DNA of 38,380 bases. It comes from Chiloscyllium plagiosum. Lineage: Eukaryota. Under the pieces are notes generated by a model, which was not told the DNA's origin, ran no database searches, and saw nothing but the letters and a program-made list of their open reading frames with translations. A program made the translations under genes and the position numbers. The stretch covers positions 42,485-80,864 of the forward strand of contig NW_025215319.1 of assembly GCF_004010195.1 (NCBI RefSeq), in the 5' to 3' direction. Below, one piece after another: positions 1-11,329 of this stretch. The first letter of the stretch is position 1, and each line of letters starts with the position of its first letter.

Positions 1-215
1 GTTTCCTCCCAAAGTCCAAAGATGTGCAGGTTAGGTGAATTGGCCAAGCGAAATTGCCCATAGTGCCCGGGGGTGTGTAGATTAGGGACATTAGTCATGC
101 ATAAAAGTAGGATAGTAGGGGGATGGGTCTGGGTGTGTTACTCTTCGAAGGGTCAGTGTCGATGTGTTGGGCCGAAGGGCCTGCTTCCACACTGTAGGGA
201 TTCCATGAACTCTAT
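1..215 (+). mobile_element. HE1-type V-SINE, 3' part (runs off window start)
   Basis: V-domain 'gtttcctccc..agtccaaagatgtgcaggttaggtgaattggcc' plus CR1-like tail 'gggccgaagggcctgcttccacactgtagggattc'. Confidence 0.9.
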
Positions 216-391
216 GAACAGCAGGGACAGACAGAGAGTGAGGAGGAAGGAGACTGATTCCAAAAACATTTCATGAAGATGCAGACAGAGGTGCACATAA
301 ACGTAGATATTGACACTAACACACATAACACATGCACACAGAGATACGCACGTGGATATGGACATTTACACACAAACACCACGAACACCAC

Positions 392-393
<2 letters not shown>

Positions 394-435
<42 letters not shown>
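394..435. repeat. poly-C homopolymer in CA-rich low-complexity DNA
   Basis: Direct; explains the poly-Pro/poly-Gly ORFs. Confidence 0.95.
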
Positions 436-479
436 ACGTGCAGGCACACACAATGTCTTTAATGCAGAGATATGTATTT

Positions 480-615
480 TTTATTAATAAGCGATCAATG
501 GTCAGTCGGAGAAGTCAGAATAATGGGGTTGATAAACATTTCAGCCGTGATCAAGTGCCATGGCAGAGTAGATGGGCTGAATGGCCTGATTATGCTCCAG
601 TGTCTCATGCTGATA
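480..615 (+). mobile_element. CR1 LINE 3' UTR fragment
   Basis: 'gatgggctgaatggcctgattatgctcc' CR1 tail motif. Confidence 0.7.
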
Positions 616-809
616 TGATCTTGTGGTGCCTGGGATTGTCTTCCCACAAGTTCAGTTGAGACCCAAATTGGTAAGTATGTGATTGAGGAGAGTTAATGGG
701 AATATGAGTAGGTTTGGGGGATTGAATGGTCAATATTGTTCCTAATTATCATCTCCTTGTATCTCAAAAGAGTGGTGATTGGTTTGAGGATAGTTAATTT
801 TGAGAATAA

Positions 810-1085
810 GCACCTTCCCATTTCAGACTGAGACAGGGATGCTCCTTTCTCTTTAGGGTTGTGTGATATGTGGTGTTCTCATGCCGAAGTAGCAATGAAG
901 ACTGGGTTACTGAAAACACTCAAGGTTGATTTCCATAAATCTTTGATGAACAAGAGAATCAAAGTTTCGTGGAACAGACTAGAGAGGGATATTTAGTTAC
1001 AATCACATCAGTAATGCACATTCTGAACGGTGCAGCAGGCTCGAGGGGCTGAATGGCCAGCTGCTGCTCCTAACCCATGTTTTGT
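810..1085 (+). mobile_element. CR1 LINE 3' end, degraded
   Basis: Ends 'gcaggctcgaggggctgaatggcc..ctgctgctcctaa'. Confidence 0.75.
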
Positions 1086-1269
1086 TCTCTGAAGCACTCT
1101 GTAATATTACAGAGATAAAGGAAGATCCCATTCAGCCAGTCAGCATCGTTATAATGAGACCATTCTGCCCTCTCAGGATTTATGCAGGAATAAATTGATG
1201 TCATTCAGCCTGCTAAGTACATCATACAATGACCCAAACCCGGACTTCAAACCCACCACAGCAATCTAA

Positions 1270-1600
1270 TGAAATATTGATCGTTGTCAAAACTAAAAAG
1301 CCCTGGCTCACTAGTGTCCTTCAGAGAAGGAAATTTGCTATCTTCACTGGTCTGACTTACATGCGACTCCAGGCCCTCAGCAATGATAGACTCTCAAATG
1401 CCCTTTGCAATGGCCAAGCCAGCTGTTCAGGTATAATACTACAAGTTCTCAAAGACGTGAAACCAGACAGACCTGAGTACTTGTAGCCGATAGTATGTCT
1501 AAGTGCATGGGTTTAGAAAGGCAGTTCCCCAACACCTTCTTAAGAGCAACTCGGAAAGGGAAATAAATGCTGGCCCATTAATGAAGCAGAGATGTCCACA
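1270..1600 (+). mobile_element. Shark SINE with 'aagggcaa..aataaatgctggcc' tail (family 2)
   Basis: 'ggctcactagtgtccttcagagaaggaaat' core and tail match copies at 8480 and 36160. Confidence 0.75.
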
Positions 1601-1984
1601 CTCAGGAAAGAGAGGTGAGAGGATAGAACTCACGTGAAACATGGACTTGGAAACATACCTACATGTGCATGATACACTGGAATATGAGAAAAGGTGAAAA
1701 TTCATGAAAATAATCTCACATTTAAATTCCATCGCAGCTGATTAGCAATAATCCATTTTTAATCCCTCTATTTCTCCATATACTCCAATCATTCCACCAA
1801 CACACATTACACAATTTCCCAGGTGCTTTCAGATCTGATACATGGTTAGTGGATTACAACTGCTAACTCTGTTTTTCTCACGACGGAGGCTGCCAAAACT
1901 GCTGTTTCCCCAGCATTCTGTTTCTTTTTGTTTCTGATCACAGTAACTTATTTTGTTTGATTTAACATTTTTTTTATTTTGTGG

Positions 1985-2265
1985 GACATTGTTCCATCGA
2001 GTCCACACTGACCCTCTGCACAGCATTTCACCCAGAACCACCTCATACCCTACTTCTGCACTTGCATTTGTTAACCCGTTTCGTAGCCTATCTAAGCATT
2101 TTCCATAGCTAACACATTGAGCTGCACATGATGGGTAATTTAACATGGTCAATACACTGAACCTGTTTGGACTGTGGGAGGAACCTGGAGGAACCTGGAG
2201 CACCTGGAGGAAACACTAGCAGACCTGTGGAGAATGTAAAAACTCAATACAAACAGTGTAAACTG
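1985..2265 (-). mobile_element. Degraded V-SINE
   Basis: 'ttggactgtgggaggaacctggag..gagaatgtaaaactc' is the reverse-strand V domain. Confidence 0.75.
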
Positions 2266-2600
2266 TGTTCCTGGTACTGTGAGACAGCTGTGTTCCTGGT
2301 ACTGTGAGACAGCTGTGTTCATCACTGCGATACTGTGTTGTCCTCCCCCTCCCGCTCCCCCGCCTCCCCAAACTGGGTCCCTGGTACTGTGAGACAGCCG
2401 TGATAACCACTGTGACACCATACCCCCCTCACCCTCCCTCCCCACAAACCGGACCACTGTACTGTGAAACGGCCGTTCTAAACACTGAGACACCATGCCG
2501 ACCTCCCCGTCTCCCCCAAACCGGATCCCTGGTACAGTGAAACAGCCGTGCTAACCACTGACACACCATGCGCCCCCCCCCCCGCCCCTCCCCCAAAACG
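2266..2600. repeat. Minisatellite built from the tRNA-derived SINE head (~25 and ~75 bp units)
   Basis: Repeated 'ctggtactgtgagacagc..(a)ccactgtgacacca' resembles SINE head 'ggcgctgtgaggcagcagtgctaaccactgtgcca' (cf. 12846-12880). Confidence 0.75.
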
Positions 2601-2639
2601 GAGTCATTGTGCTTGGGAATACTGGGGAAAATGTAAATT

Positions 2640-2825
2640 TGAAACACAAACAGTAAACAGTGACAAATCCTCACAGATGAGTCAGGATCTGGAGGTAGAA
2701 ACAGAGGCGGCATATTGAGTCTGATATGATCCTCTTCTGAAAAAAACTCATATTGGACTCAAGAAGTTAATAATGTTTTCTCTCTTCTCAGAACCTGCAC
2801 ATGTTTTCCTGCACTTTCAGCTTAG
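2640..2825. mobile_element. Penelope-like terminal repeat, inverted pair, with decayed hammerhead motif
   Basis: 'ttgagtctgatatga..tcttctgaa' mirrored by 'tcatattggactcaa..gttaa..tttctctc'. Confidence 0.6.
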
Positions 2826-2884
2826 TTACTCTTTTGGACTGTGTATATTTGTCTGATCTGAAAGTTAAAAGTGAAGCTGCCATT

Positions 2885-3130
2885 TCTGTTGACGCTCAAG
2901 TAACGGTTTTTGAATGACAAATTAATAACTCTGTGCCTGACAACTCCCTAAATGCCGATAATTTATTGGCATTGTCATAATGCATCATGAAAATGTTGAA
3001 CTCGGTGTTCATGACATCACATGATCAATCCACTGAATATAACTGATTGAAGTACTGATCCCAATAGTTATCAATGTCTTATCATGCTCCTGTTGGCACC
3101 GGCATCATACTCATCCAGCAAGGTGTTACC
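2885..3130 (+). pseudogene. Possible decayed C2/I-set Ig domain
   Basis: QVTVFE(*)Q, then LITLC (Cys 2934), PIIYW (Trp 2967), LNITD*STDPNSYQC (Cys 3075); the two Cys are in frame, 47 codons apart; five stops. Confidence 0.35.
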
Positions 3131-3189
3131 TTTCTGATAGTTTGCATATAACTATGAAAACATAAAATATCTTTATATTTTTTAACAAG

Positions 3190-3570
3190 ACATATTCATC
3201 CGGGATTTGGAAGGCACCAGCAAGGACAGACTTTATTTGTCATCACCAATGGCTCTGGAATAAGTGACACAGAGTTGACCTGTTTTACCTCTACAATTCA
3301 AAGTGACGCAAATCAAGACAAAGCTGTTTGTAGGGGCATTCCAAGATTTTTAACAAATACTTGTGAAGGATCAGCAAATTAGTCCCTAGTCAGGATGACA
3401 TGCAACTTGGAAGAAACCTTGCAGAGACTGATTTTTCTCTTATTCCCATTCCCAGTGCAGAATGTTCTCTAATTCCCATTATCACATTTTTGCTCAGGGT
3501 CCTTGATTCCACCTTCAGTCAAGTCCTGCTTCGATTGAAAGGGAAATCACTCTGATCTCACCTCAAATTA
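3190..3570 (-). mobile_element. CR1/L2-group LINE 3' fragment (same family as 19370-22360)
   Basis: Reverse of tail 'ccagc..tttatttg..catc' and RT-end motifs. Confidence 0.6.
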
Positions 3571-3887
3571 CACGGGCAGATCAGTTGAAAGAATAAGGAG
3601 CAAAAGACAAGAACACTGTTTGCTTGAACAACGTCCTTGCAATATTCAAATGAAAATTGATGCATGGTCTTCCTTAATGCATTATTTCAACATGACATCA
3701 CTTTTCAAACAATATTCTGAACGGTGAGTGTTTGTTCTTTTAATTTGCTTCCAATTCAGTGTAGAAATGAGAACGTGAATTGATCTTCTATAGTGTGTTT
3801 ATAATCCAGAATTTAATTCAATCTTTATCATCATTGCTCTAGCTCTTTGAAACAAAAATAATGAATGAGCCTGTGTCCATCCTGCAG

Positions 3888-4203
3888 ATGAAAAAGTTCC
3901 TTCAGCTCTGACTATTGCAGCGAATGTTGTAAAGAATAAGCTGCAGGCCCACTAAAATGAAAATGCTGCAGGGCAAGTTGCCAAACGCTATTCCAAGATT
4001 AATTATGTCCAAGCATTATGAATAATACGTGCAGAAGGGCGGAGTATAAAAGCAGAATTCAGATCCATGTCCAAAATACTGTTTGTGGCTCCTTCGCAAG
4101 AGACCACAACTGATTCACGGTGTAAATTCACCAAAATAGGAAAGACAAGAGACTGGAATTCCCAATTCTGCAACCACATCGGTAGAACAGGAAGAAAATC
4201 AAG
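3888..4203 (+). pseudogene. Possible decayed V-type Ig exon
   Basis: Acceptor cctgcag; ISC (3942); KLPNAIPRLIM; KAEFRS; DS.G.V-like; ends aag|gtttgt; needs frameshifts. Confidence 0.3.
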
Positions 4204-4299
4204 GTTTGTTTCTGAAATTCATAAATTGTGATGATAACAATGTGGTATATGTGGGGGGGGGGGGGGGGGGGGGATGTTAGAGGATGATAAACAATGTTG

Positions 4300-4790
4300 G
4301 ACGATGATAAACAATGTTGTAGATGACACAATGATTATCCAGGTGGGTCACAGTGAGCAGGAACCTGTTCGTTACAGGAGGGTACAAACAGATTTTCAGA
4401 TGGCCAGATCAATGACTGATAAAAGGTAACACTGAAATACGTGAGATGCTGCACTTTGGAAGATGTAACAAGACAAGGGAGAACACAAACCATGAAGATA
4501 GGTTAGATTTGCTTTTGGAGCAGAGAAGGGTGTGGNNNNNNNNNNNNNNNNNNNNNNNNNNNNNNNNNNNNNNNNNNNNNNNNNNNNNNNNNNNNNNNNN
4601 NNNNNNNNNNNNNNNNNNNNNNNNNNNNNNNNNNNNNNNNNNNNNNNNNNNNNNNNNNNNNGGTGAACCTGACAGATGTGTATTATAGCATGAGAGGTAT
4701 GGGACGAGTGAACAGACAACAACTATTCCCCTTAGTCAAAGGGGCAAAAACAATGGTAAATACGTTTGAAGTCAAAGAGAATATACTTGT
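4300..4790 (+). mobile_element. CR1 ORF2 3' fragment spanning an N gap (4536-4661)
   Basis: MLHFGRCN and YSMRGMGRVNRQQLFPLV motifs. Confidence 0.75.
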
Positions 4791-4859
4791 ATCAGCACTG
4801 GATGGTGCAGACTCGACGACCTTGTCTTTATTACATGATTCCATGTGGTGGCAGCCATG

Positions 4860-5390
4860 AAATATCTGATATATTCTGAAGCAGCAACCAATTGGACTTG
4901 GTTTTTTCCAACGAACTGTGCTCAGTAAGTGGTGAGATTACAAACAAGCATCATCCCATGGAATATCAGCACTTACTCAACCTAGGACAGCCCAGCCATC
5001 TCTGAAATCATCCAGGATAATTCACATGCTCAGTGTAAGAATCGTCCAACACAGCATCAACATTATTCCAGCTGTTTGACACCATTATGTTAAGTTCACA
5101 AACTACATAGAAACAGACTTCGCTTCATTATTATATAGACTTCTTGTGTAAGGTTGTTATTTCTCTGAAGACGAATAAATTCCTTCCCATGTATTCGTAA
5201 TGACAAAGAGTCTGTTATCCTGCGAGCTGTTCCTCACCAGTAATATTTACTCCCAGTTAAACCGGCACATGAGATGCACAGCTGGCACTCCCTCCCAACA
5301 GCCACTTGGATGGACCAACATCAACTGGACTGGAACTTCTCAAGGGCAACTAATGCTGGTCTAGCTCCACTAAAAACCGAAATGAACTAA
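4860..5390 (+). mobile_element. Highly degraded CR1/L2-group LINE fragment
   Basis: Ends in 'cttctcaagggcaactaatgctggtc' family tail. Confidence 0.45.
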
Positions 5391-5509
5391 AAAGACAATC
5401 CGAATTTCTAATAATTATTAAACAACAAGGGCATTTTATTGATCTGAAGAGTTTGTCGCTGTCTTTGAAATTGTGAGAACTGTGTTATTTTATTTTCAGC
5501 ATCTAAAAA

Positions 5510-6365
5510 CAACAGAAATGTAAAACCTAGCATCAGGAGTAAGGAATCAAAGCAACTCCATCATGTGATAAGATCGTGGATGATCTGATTGTGACCTCAA
5601 TCGCACATTCCTCATTTGTCCTTACAATGTTCGTGCATCATTCTTAGTCAAGAATCTGCCTGCCTCTGCCTCAGGAATATTCAATGCCTTATCCTCCATC
5701 GCTATCTGGGAAGAGAATTGTACAAAGACATAACACTCTGAAAGGATGACACCAAATCACCATCTTTTTAACAGAGACATTTTTCTGTTTTAGTCTCCAT
5801 CCACTCATGGTAATCTCTCACACAAGCTGAAATATTGTTTTAGAATTCAAATTGAAAGACTATTTGGAATATTTTGAGATTAAGCAAGACCACATGTTGT
5901 TCACCTAAACCCCAGCAGATCCAGAGCCAGTCATTTCAAGATTTCCTCCTGAAATGAACGCTCCTCACGAGAGTCAGCTGAGTGAATCTTCTCTGGACAG
6001 CATTTCATATCATTGTGGCCATCGCTCTTTCGATGTGGTTACACCACTACATTGTAAATCTGTACAAAATCATCCCAACTTTTAAATGTATTCTGTTTCA
6101 GAAAGTTTCAATATTTGTCTTACCTCCCGAAAACCTTGATGTACACGTAATTTTTTTATTTTGTAATCCAAGTGCCCGGTTCCTCTGTGCCTAAAGCCAA
6201 TCTCTCCACTGAAATAATACATTACGTTTCCATTCAACCCGCCAATATCTTTTAGCACAGACACATTTTTCCTACTATTTTCCATACACCAATATTTGCC
6301 TGTTCACTTGACCCACCTTAATCTCCTTATAGACTCATGTCCTCTTCGTATCATCCTTCTCGAAC
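5510..6365 (-). mobile_element. CR1 LINE 3' portion, degraded
   Basis: Reverse CR1 3' UTR 'aggagta..gatctgattgtgacctcaa' followed by RT-end remnants. Confidence 0.7.
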
Positions 6366-6382
6366 AGTTTCAAGTTTTTTCT

Positions 6383-6582
6383 TAGATTAGTTACAGTGTG
6401 AAGGCAGGCCCTTCGGCCCAACACGTCCACACCGACTCGCCGAAGCGCAACTCACCCAGACCTATTCTCCGACATTTACCCCTTCAACTAACACTACGGG
6501 CAATTTAGCTTGGCCAATTCATCTAACCCGCACATTTTTGGACTGTGGGAGGAAACTGGAGCACCAGGAGGAAACCCACGCT
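6383..6582 (-). mobile_element. HE1 SINE, 5' truncated, with AAGTTT target-site duplication
   Basis: Tail ttagattag, V domain; aagttt at 6372-6377 and 6584-6589. Confidence 0.9.
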
Positions 6583-6749
6583 GAAGTTTGTATTCTTCCG
6601 TAATAAAGACAGAATATTTGGCCAATGAAATACACTGTGGCAATATTGCAAAGTAATTGACAATGAAATATTGTTACTTCATGTCTAAACTAAAAATTTG
6701 AGACAATGCTAAAATGTTTTGCAGTCGCATCAATCAGTTCCATTACTTA

Positions 6750-7868
6750 AAATAGAGTCAAATGGTGCGGAATGTGTCTGGGTAGAATTGAGGAACCACA
6801 AAGGTAGTTGGAGTTATGTACAGGTCGACAAATCGTAGTCAGAAGCTGGAGCGCATGATAGACGAGGAGATAGAAACGATATGTAGAAAAGGCAAAGTTA
6901 TGATGACTGGGGGGATTTCAATATGCAAGTGGACTGGGAAAATCAGTGGTAGTGGTTTGCAAAGAAATGAATTTGTGGAATGTCTACAGATTGGCTTTTT
7001 GGAGCAGCTTATGGTGCAGGCAACAAGGGAACGGGCAATACTGGATTTAGAGCCGTGCAGTGAGGCAAACTTGATAAGGAAGCTTAAGGTGAAGGAACCT
7101 TCGGAGGTAGTGATCATACTATGATTGAACCTACTCTTCAATTTGAGAGGGAGAAAGTAGAATCGGAGTTAATATTACAGCTAACTAAAGACACCTTCAA
7201 AGACACAAGGGAGGAGCTGGATAGAATTGACTGGGAGAGGAGCCGAGCAGGAACGACAGTGGAACAATAATGGCGGGAGTTTCTCCGAGCAATTTAGGAG
7301 TCACAGTCGAGATTTATCCCGAGGTAAAAGATGCATTGCACAACGAGGATGAGGCAACCATGGATGACTGGGACAGTCATGGCTGGCGGAAAAGGAAAAT
7401 AGAATGTAGATAACATAGCAAATGGCAATGGGAAACCAGAAGATTTGGAAGCTTCAAAGATGAACAGATGGCAAGAAAATAAGAAATAAGGACGGAGAAG
7501 ATTAAATATAAGGTTCAGCTATACAGTGATATAAAGGACAACTGTAAGAGTTTCTTTAGACATATAAAGGGCAAAGGAGAAGCAGAAGTGCATATTGGGG
7601 CACTGGAAAATGACGCTGGAGAGATAGTCGTGTGGAACAAGTAATAGATGAGAAACTGAATAACTATTACGAGAGTGGGGAAAGAAGTGGCAGATGGAGT
7701 ACAACTTGGGAAAGTGCGAGGTGATACACATTAGTAGGAAGAAGACAGGCATGGACTACTTTGTAAGTGGAGAGAAAAATTAGAAGTCTGAAGTGCAAAG
7801 AGAGTTGCGAGTTCCAGTTCAGGATTGTCTCTCGATAAACTTGCAGGTTGAGTCAGCAATTAGGAAAG
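6750..7868 (+). mobile_element. CR1 ORF2 relic: endonuclease plus linker joined to post-RT region
   Basis: VWVELRN, FVECLQ..FLEQ, AILDL; then EWGKKWQMEYNLGKCEVIH from ~7672. Confidence 0.85.
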
Positions 7869-8437
7869 TGTTGTTTCCGGTGCACAGTGTGATCGAAATC
7901 TTATATTCAGCAAAAGAACCGAGTTAACTCTTACAAACAATATTTGTTTTTTTTTTAACAATGTATTGTAACGCAATGATAAACGCTACACATTATCTAA
8001 TGCTTTAACCTAACTTTGGATAATCACAAACCACCCCACTAGAAGTTGACCAGGTTCAACTTGGTGATGTCTTCTTCTGATGATGATGATCTTGGAGGTG
8101 TCTTCTCTTTCCCTGGTTAATCTCCAGTTACTGCACTGTGTGGGGTTTTGTGGTGATTCTTATCCTTCCAAGTCTTCACGCCCTTTCGGGAAGGTAAGGA
8201 GGATCTGTCAATGGAATGATTAGGTTCATTTACCCTGATCAATCAGACTCAACCATGGGTTGGCTCAAGGGCAACATTCCATTGTCCCATTCCGGTCCAC
8301 CTTCAGGTGAGCATTACAGGATCTGTAGTTTCAGGTTTGTTTGCAAGCCGCCTGTGGGTATCTGCAGCCTATCTGGATTCTGCAGCATGTGGATTAGCAC
8401 AGAGACTTTAGTCAAAGCTGGGGTCCATTTCACAGCA
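7869..8437 (-). mobile_element. Possible solo LTR or unclassified insertion
   Basis: Abrupt TG start truncating the CR1, ends near ..CA, ~570 bp; no clear TSD. Confidence 0.3.
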
Positions 8438-8479
8438 TGCTTTTATAATTGTTCATTTTTGTAACTCCATGGTAAATTT

Positions 8480-8775
8480 GTTATTGCCCATCGTAAGATT
8501 ATTCTTTCAGGTGGCCCGTCCGGTCAGAAAGGCCTTCAGCCTGAGAGTGGTGAATCTATAGTAAGGATGGCAGTTTCCTTGCCGAAAGGACATTAGTGAA
8601 CCAGGTGGGTTTTTCTTGGCAATCGATTCATAACCACTATCAGTCTCTTAATTGCAGATTTGAATTCAAGCTCCCCTATTTGCTGTGGCAGGATTTGGAC
8701 CCAGGTCACAAGAACATTATCTGGGCTTATCATATAAGAATTCAGTTATAACACCATGAGGCCACTGACTTGCCG
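8480..8775 (-). mobile_element. tRNA-derived SINE (family 2), near full length
   Basis: 'ttattgcccatc' tail, 'aaggacattagtgaacca' core, B-box-like 'ggatttggaccc'. Confidence 0.75.
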
Positions 8776-8799
8776 AATCCTCCATAGTGTGACTAACGT

Positions 8800-9430
8800 G
8801 TGCAGTATGATATGCACTAGGATTTGCCTTCATGTTATCCTTGACTTCCTTATCAAGATATGGATGATTTTTTTCCCCGTTATGCAACTCCTGTTCGGTC
8901 TTCAGTATCTCCCTAATTATTTGCCAAATTTCTTCATCTGCCTGCCTTTGACTATTCTTTCCTCCCACCCCCAGTCCACCCAGGCCAAATTCTTCCTTGG
9001 GCCAGTATAATTACCATTGCCTAACACTAAAACTCTAATGCATGACTCAGTCTTCACTCTTTCATTCTGAATGTGAAACTCCAGCATGTTGTGTTTACTC
9101 CTTCCAAGTCAAAGCTCATCCACCAATCCTTCCTTGTTACATTATATCAAATCTAAATTAGCCCATTCTCTGGTTGGTTCCATGCCATCCTGCTCTCAGA
9201 AATTAATCTCTCATACACTCCATGAATTTTTATTCGTGGATATCGCTGTCAAGTTGATTAATTAAGTCAATTTGCATGTTCAAAACACCTAAAGTTAAAA
9301 TTGTGCCCCTGTGACAAGCCCTCACTATATTCTACCTCAGAAGTACTTTGGGTGGACAGTGGCTGAAAATTATACTTCCCAAGATGTTTCTTCTCTTGCT
9401 TTTTATTTGCACTGAGATGGATTTCAAATA
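8800..9430 (-). mobile_element. CR1 ORF2 endonuclease region, degraded
   Basis: Reverse translation gives EEIWQIIRE and ANLDL-like motifs. Confidence 0.65.
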
Positions 9431-9519
9431 TTTTTTGGCACAAAACAGTTTAAAAGGTCTGAGTTCCCACTCGCACGAACAAATGTTTATTTTCTTTACA
9501 CGAACCATATTTCACAATA

Positions 9520-11222
9520 AATATTGAGGAATTAAGAGGGCTAAAAGTGGTTATGAGATATCTTTAGCAAACAGGGTTGAGGAAAATCCCAAAGACTACG
9601 TTTCATATATAAGCAACAAGAGGGTAACTCGAGAACTGTTTGGCCCACACAGGACAAAGGAAGAAAGTTATGCATGGAGTCAGAGAAAATGGGTGAGATT
9701 CTTAGCGAGTACTTTGCATCTGTATTCACCAAGGAGAGGGACATGATGGATGTTGAGGTTAGATCTTTGCGTACTCTGGGTCAAGTCGACATTAAGAGGG
9801 CGGAAGTTTTGGATATTCTAAAAGGTAGAAATGTAGACAAGCTCCCAGGTCTGGATGAGATCTACCACAGGTTACTGAGGGATGTGAGTGAGGAAATAAC
9901 TGGGGCTTTAACAAATAACTTTGCAGGACCCTTGTATATGGGTGAGGTCCCGGAGGACTGGAGCATTGCTAATGCTGTCTCCTTGTTTAAGAAGGATAGC
10001 GGGAATTATTTCTCAACTGGCGAGCCTCAGATCAGTGGTAGGGAAGCTTCTGGACTTGGGTAAGGTGTTTTATTAGGTTCTCCAGAGTAGACTGATGGAG
10101 AAGGTGATGCCGTATGGGATCCAGGATGTTTTATCTAGATGGATAGAGAACTGGCTGGCCAACAGGAGACAGAGAGTAGTAGTGGAAGGGGATTTCTCAA
10201 AATGGAGACCTATGACCAGTGGTATGCAACAGCGATCTGCGCTGGGACCACTGTTGTTTGTGATATATATCAATGATTTGGAGGAAGGTATCGGTTGCCT
10301 GATTAGCAAGTTTGCAAATGACACCAAGATTGGTGGAGTAGCAGATAGTGAAGGGGAATGTCAGAGAATGCAGCAGAATATAGATAGATTGGAGAGATGG
10401 GCACAGAAATGGCAGATGGAGTTCAGACTGTGCAAATGTGAGGCGATGCATTTTGGAAGATCCAGTTCAAGAGCAACAATACAGTAAACGGAAAAGTCTT
10501 GCGGAAAATTGACATACAGTGAGACCTGGGTCCATTGTTTCCTGAAGGTGGCAACGCAGGTCAGTAAGCTGGTCAAGGCAACATAAGGCATGCTTTCCTT
10601 CATTGGATCAGCTGTTGATTCCAAACGTTGGCAGGCCATGTAACAGTTGCATAGGACTTTGGTTTCACCGCATTTGAAATACTGCATATATTTCTGGTCA
10701 CCACGTTACCAAAAGGATGTGGATGCTTTGAATAGAGTGCAGAGTAGGTTCACCAGGATGTTGCCTGGTATGGAGGGTGCTGGGTATGAAGAAAGATTGA
10801 GTAGATTAGGATTATTTTAATTATAAAGACAAAGGTTGGGGGGGGACCTGATTGAGGTCTACAAAATCAAGAGAGATATAGACAGGGTGTATAGCAAGAA
10901 GCTTTTTCCCAAGATTTTGGAACTCAATTACTAGGAGTCATGGGTTCAACGTGAGAGGGGCAGGGTTTAGGGTAGATATATATGGGAACTTCTTTACACA
11001 TATGGTGGTGTCAACCTGGAACGTGTTACCAGCAGAGGAGATCGGGACAGGTACAATAGCGTTATCTAAGATGTATCTGACAGATACATGAATGGGCAGG
11101 CAGCAGAGGGATACATTCTCTTAGAAAATAGGTGGCACTTTTAGAAAATAGGAGGATCTGGATCAGCACAGGCTCGGAGGGCCAAAGGGTCTGTTCCTGT
11201 GCTGAAATGTTCTTTGTTCTTT
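9520..11222 (+). mobile_element. CR1 LINE, 5' truncated (RT plus 3' tail)
   Basis: MGEILSEYFASVFT, VPEDWSIANA, SALGPLLFVIYINDL, KFANDTK; tail 'gggtctgttcctgtgctg..ttctttgttcttt'. Confidence 0.95.
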
Positions 11223-11329
11223 ATCATTCATTCTAAAAATAGCAAGATTTCAACTATTGTATGCTACAATGTAATGATATAAACCATTTATTTGACAGTA
11301 CATATCAAATTATTGTCATTTCTAAATTA

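Noticed and set aside
212..659. Poly-Pro and poly-Gly ORFs
   Set aside because: Produced by a poly-C tract and CA-rich low complexity
4349..4355. CACAGTG (likewise 14717-14723 and CACTGTG 6633-6639)
   Set aside because: No nonamer at 12/23 spacing and not at a V or J boundary
9674..10487. RT ORFs as an active retroelement
   Set aside because: Fragmented by deletions, frameshifts and stops; the catalytic motif reads FAND; 5' truncated
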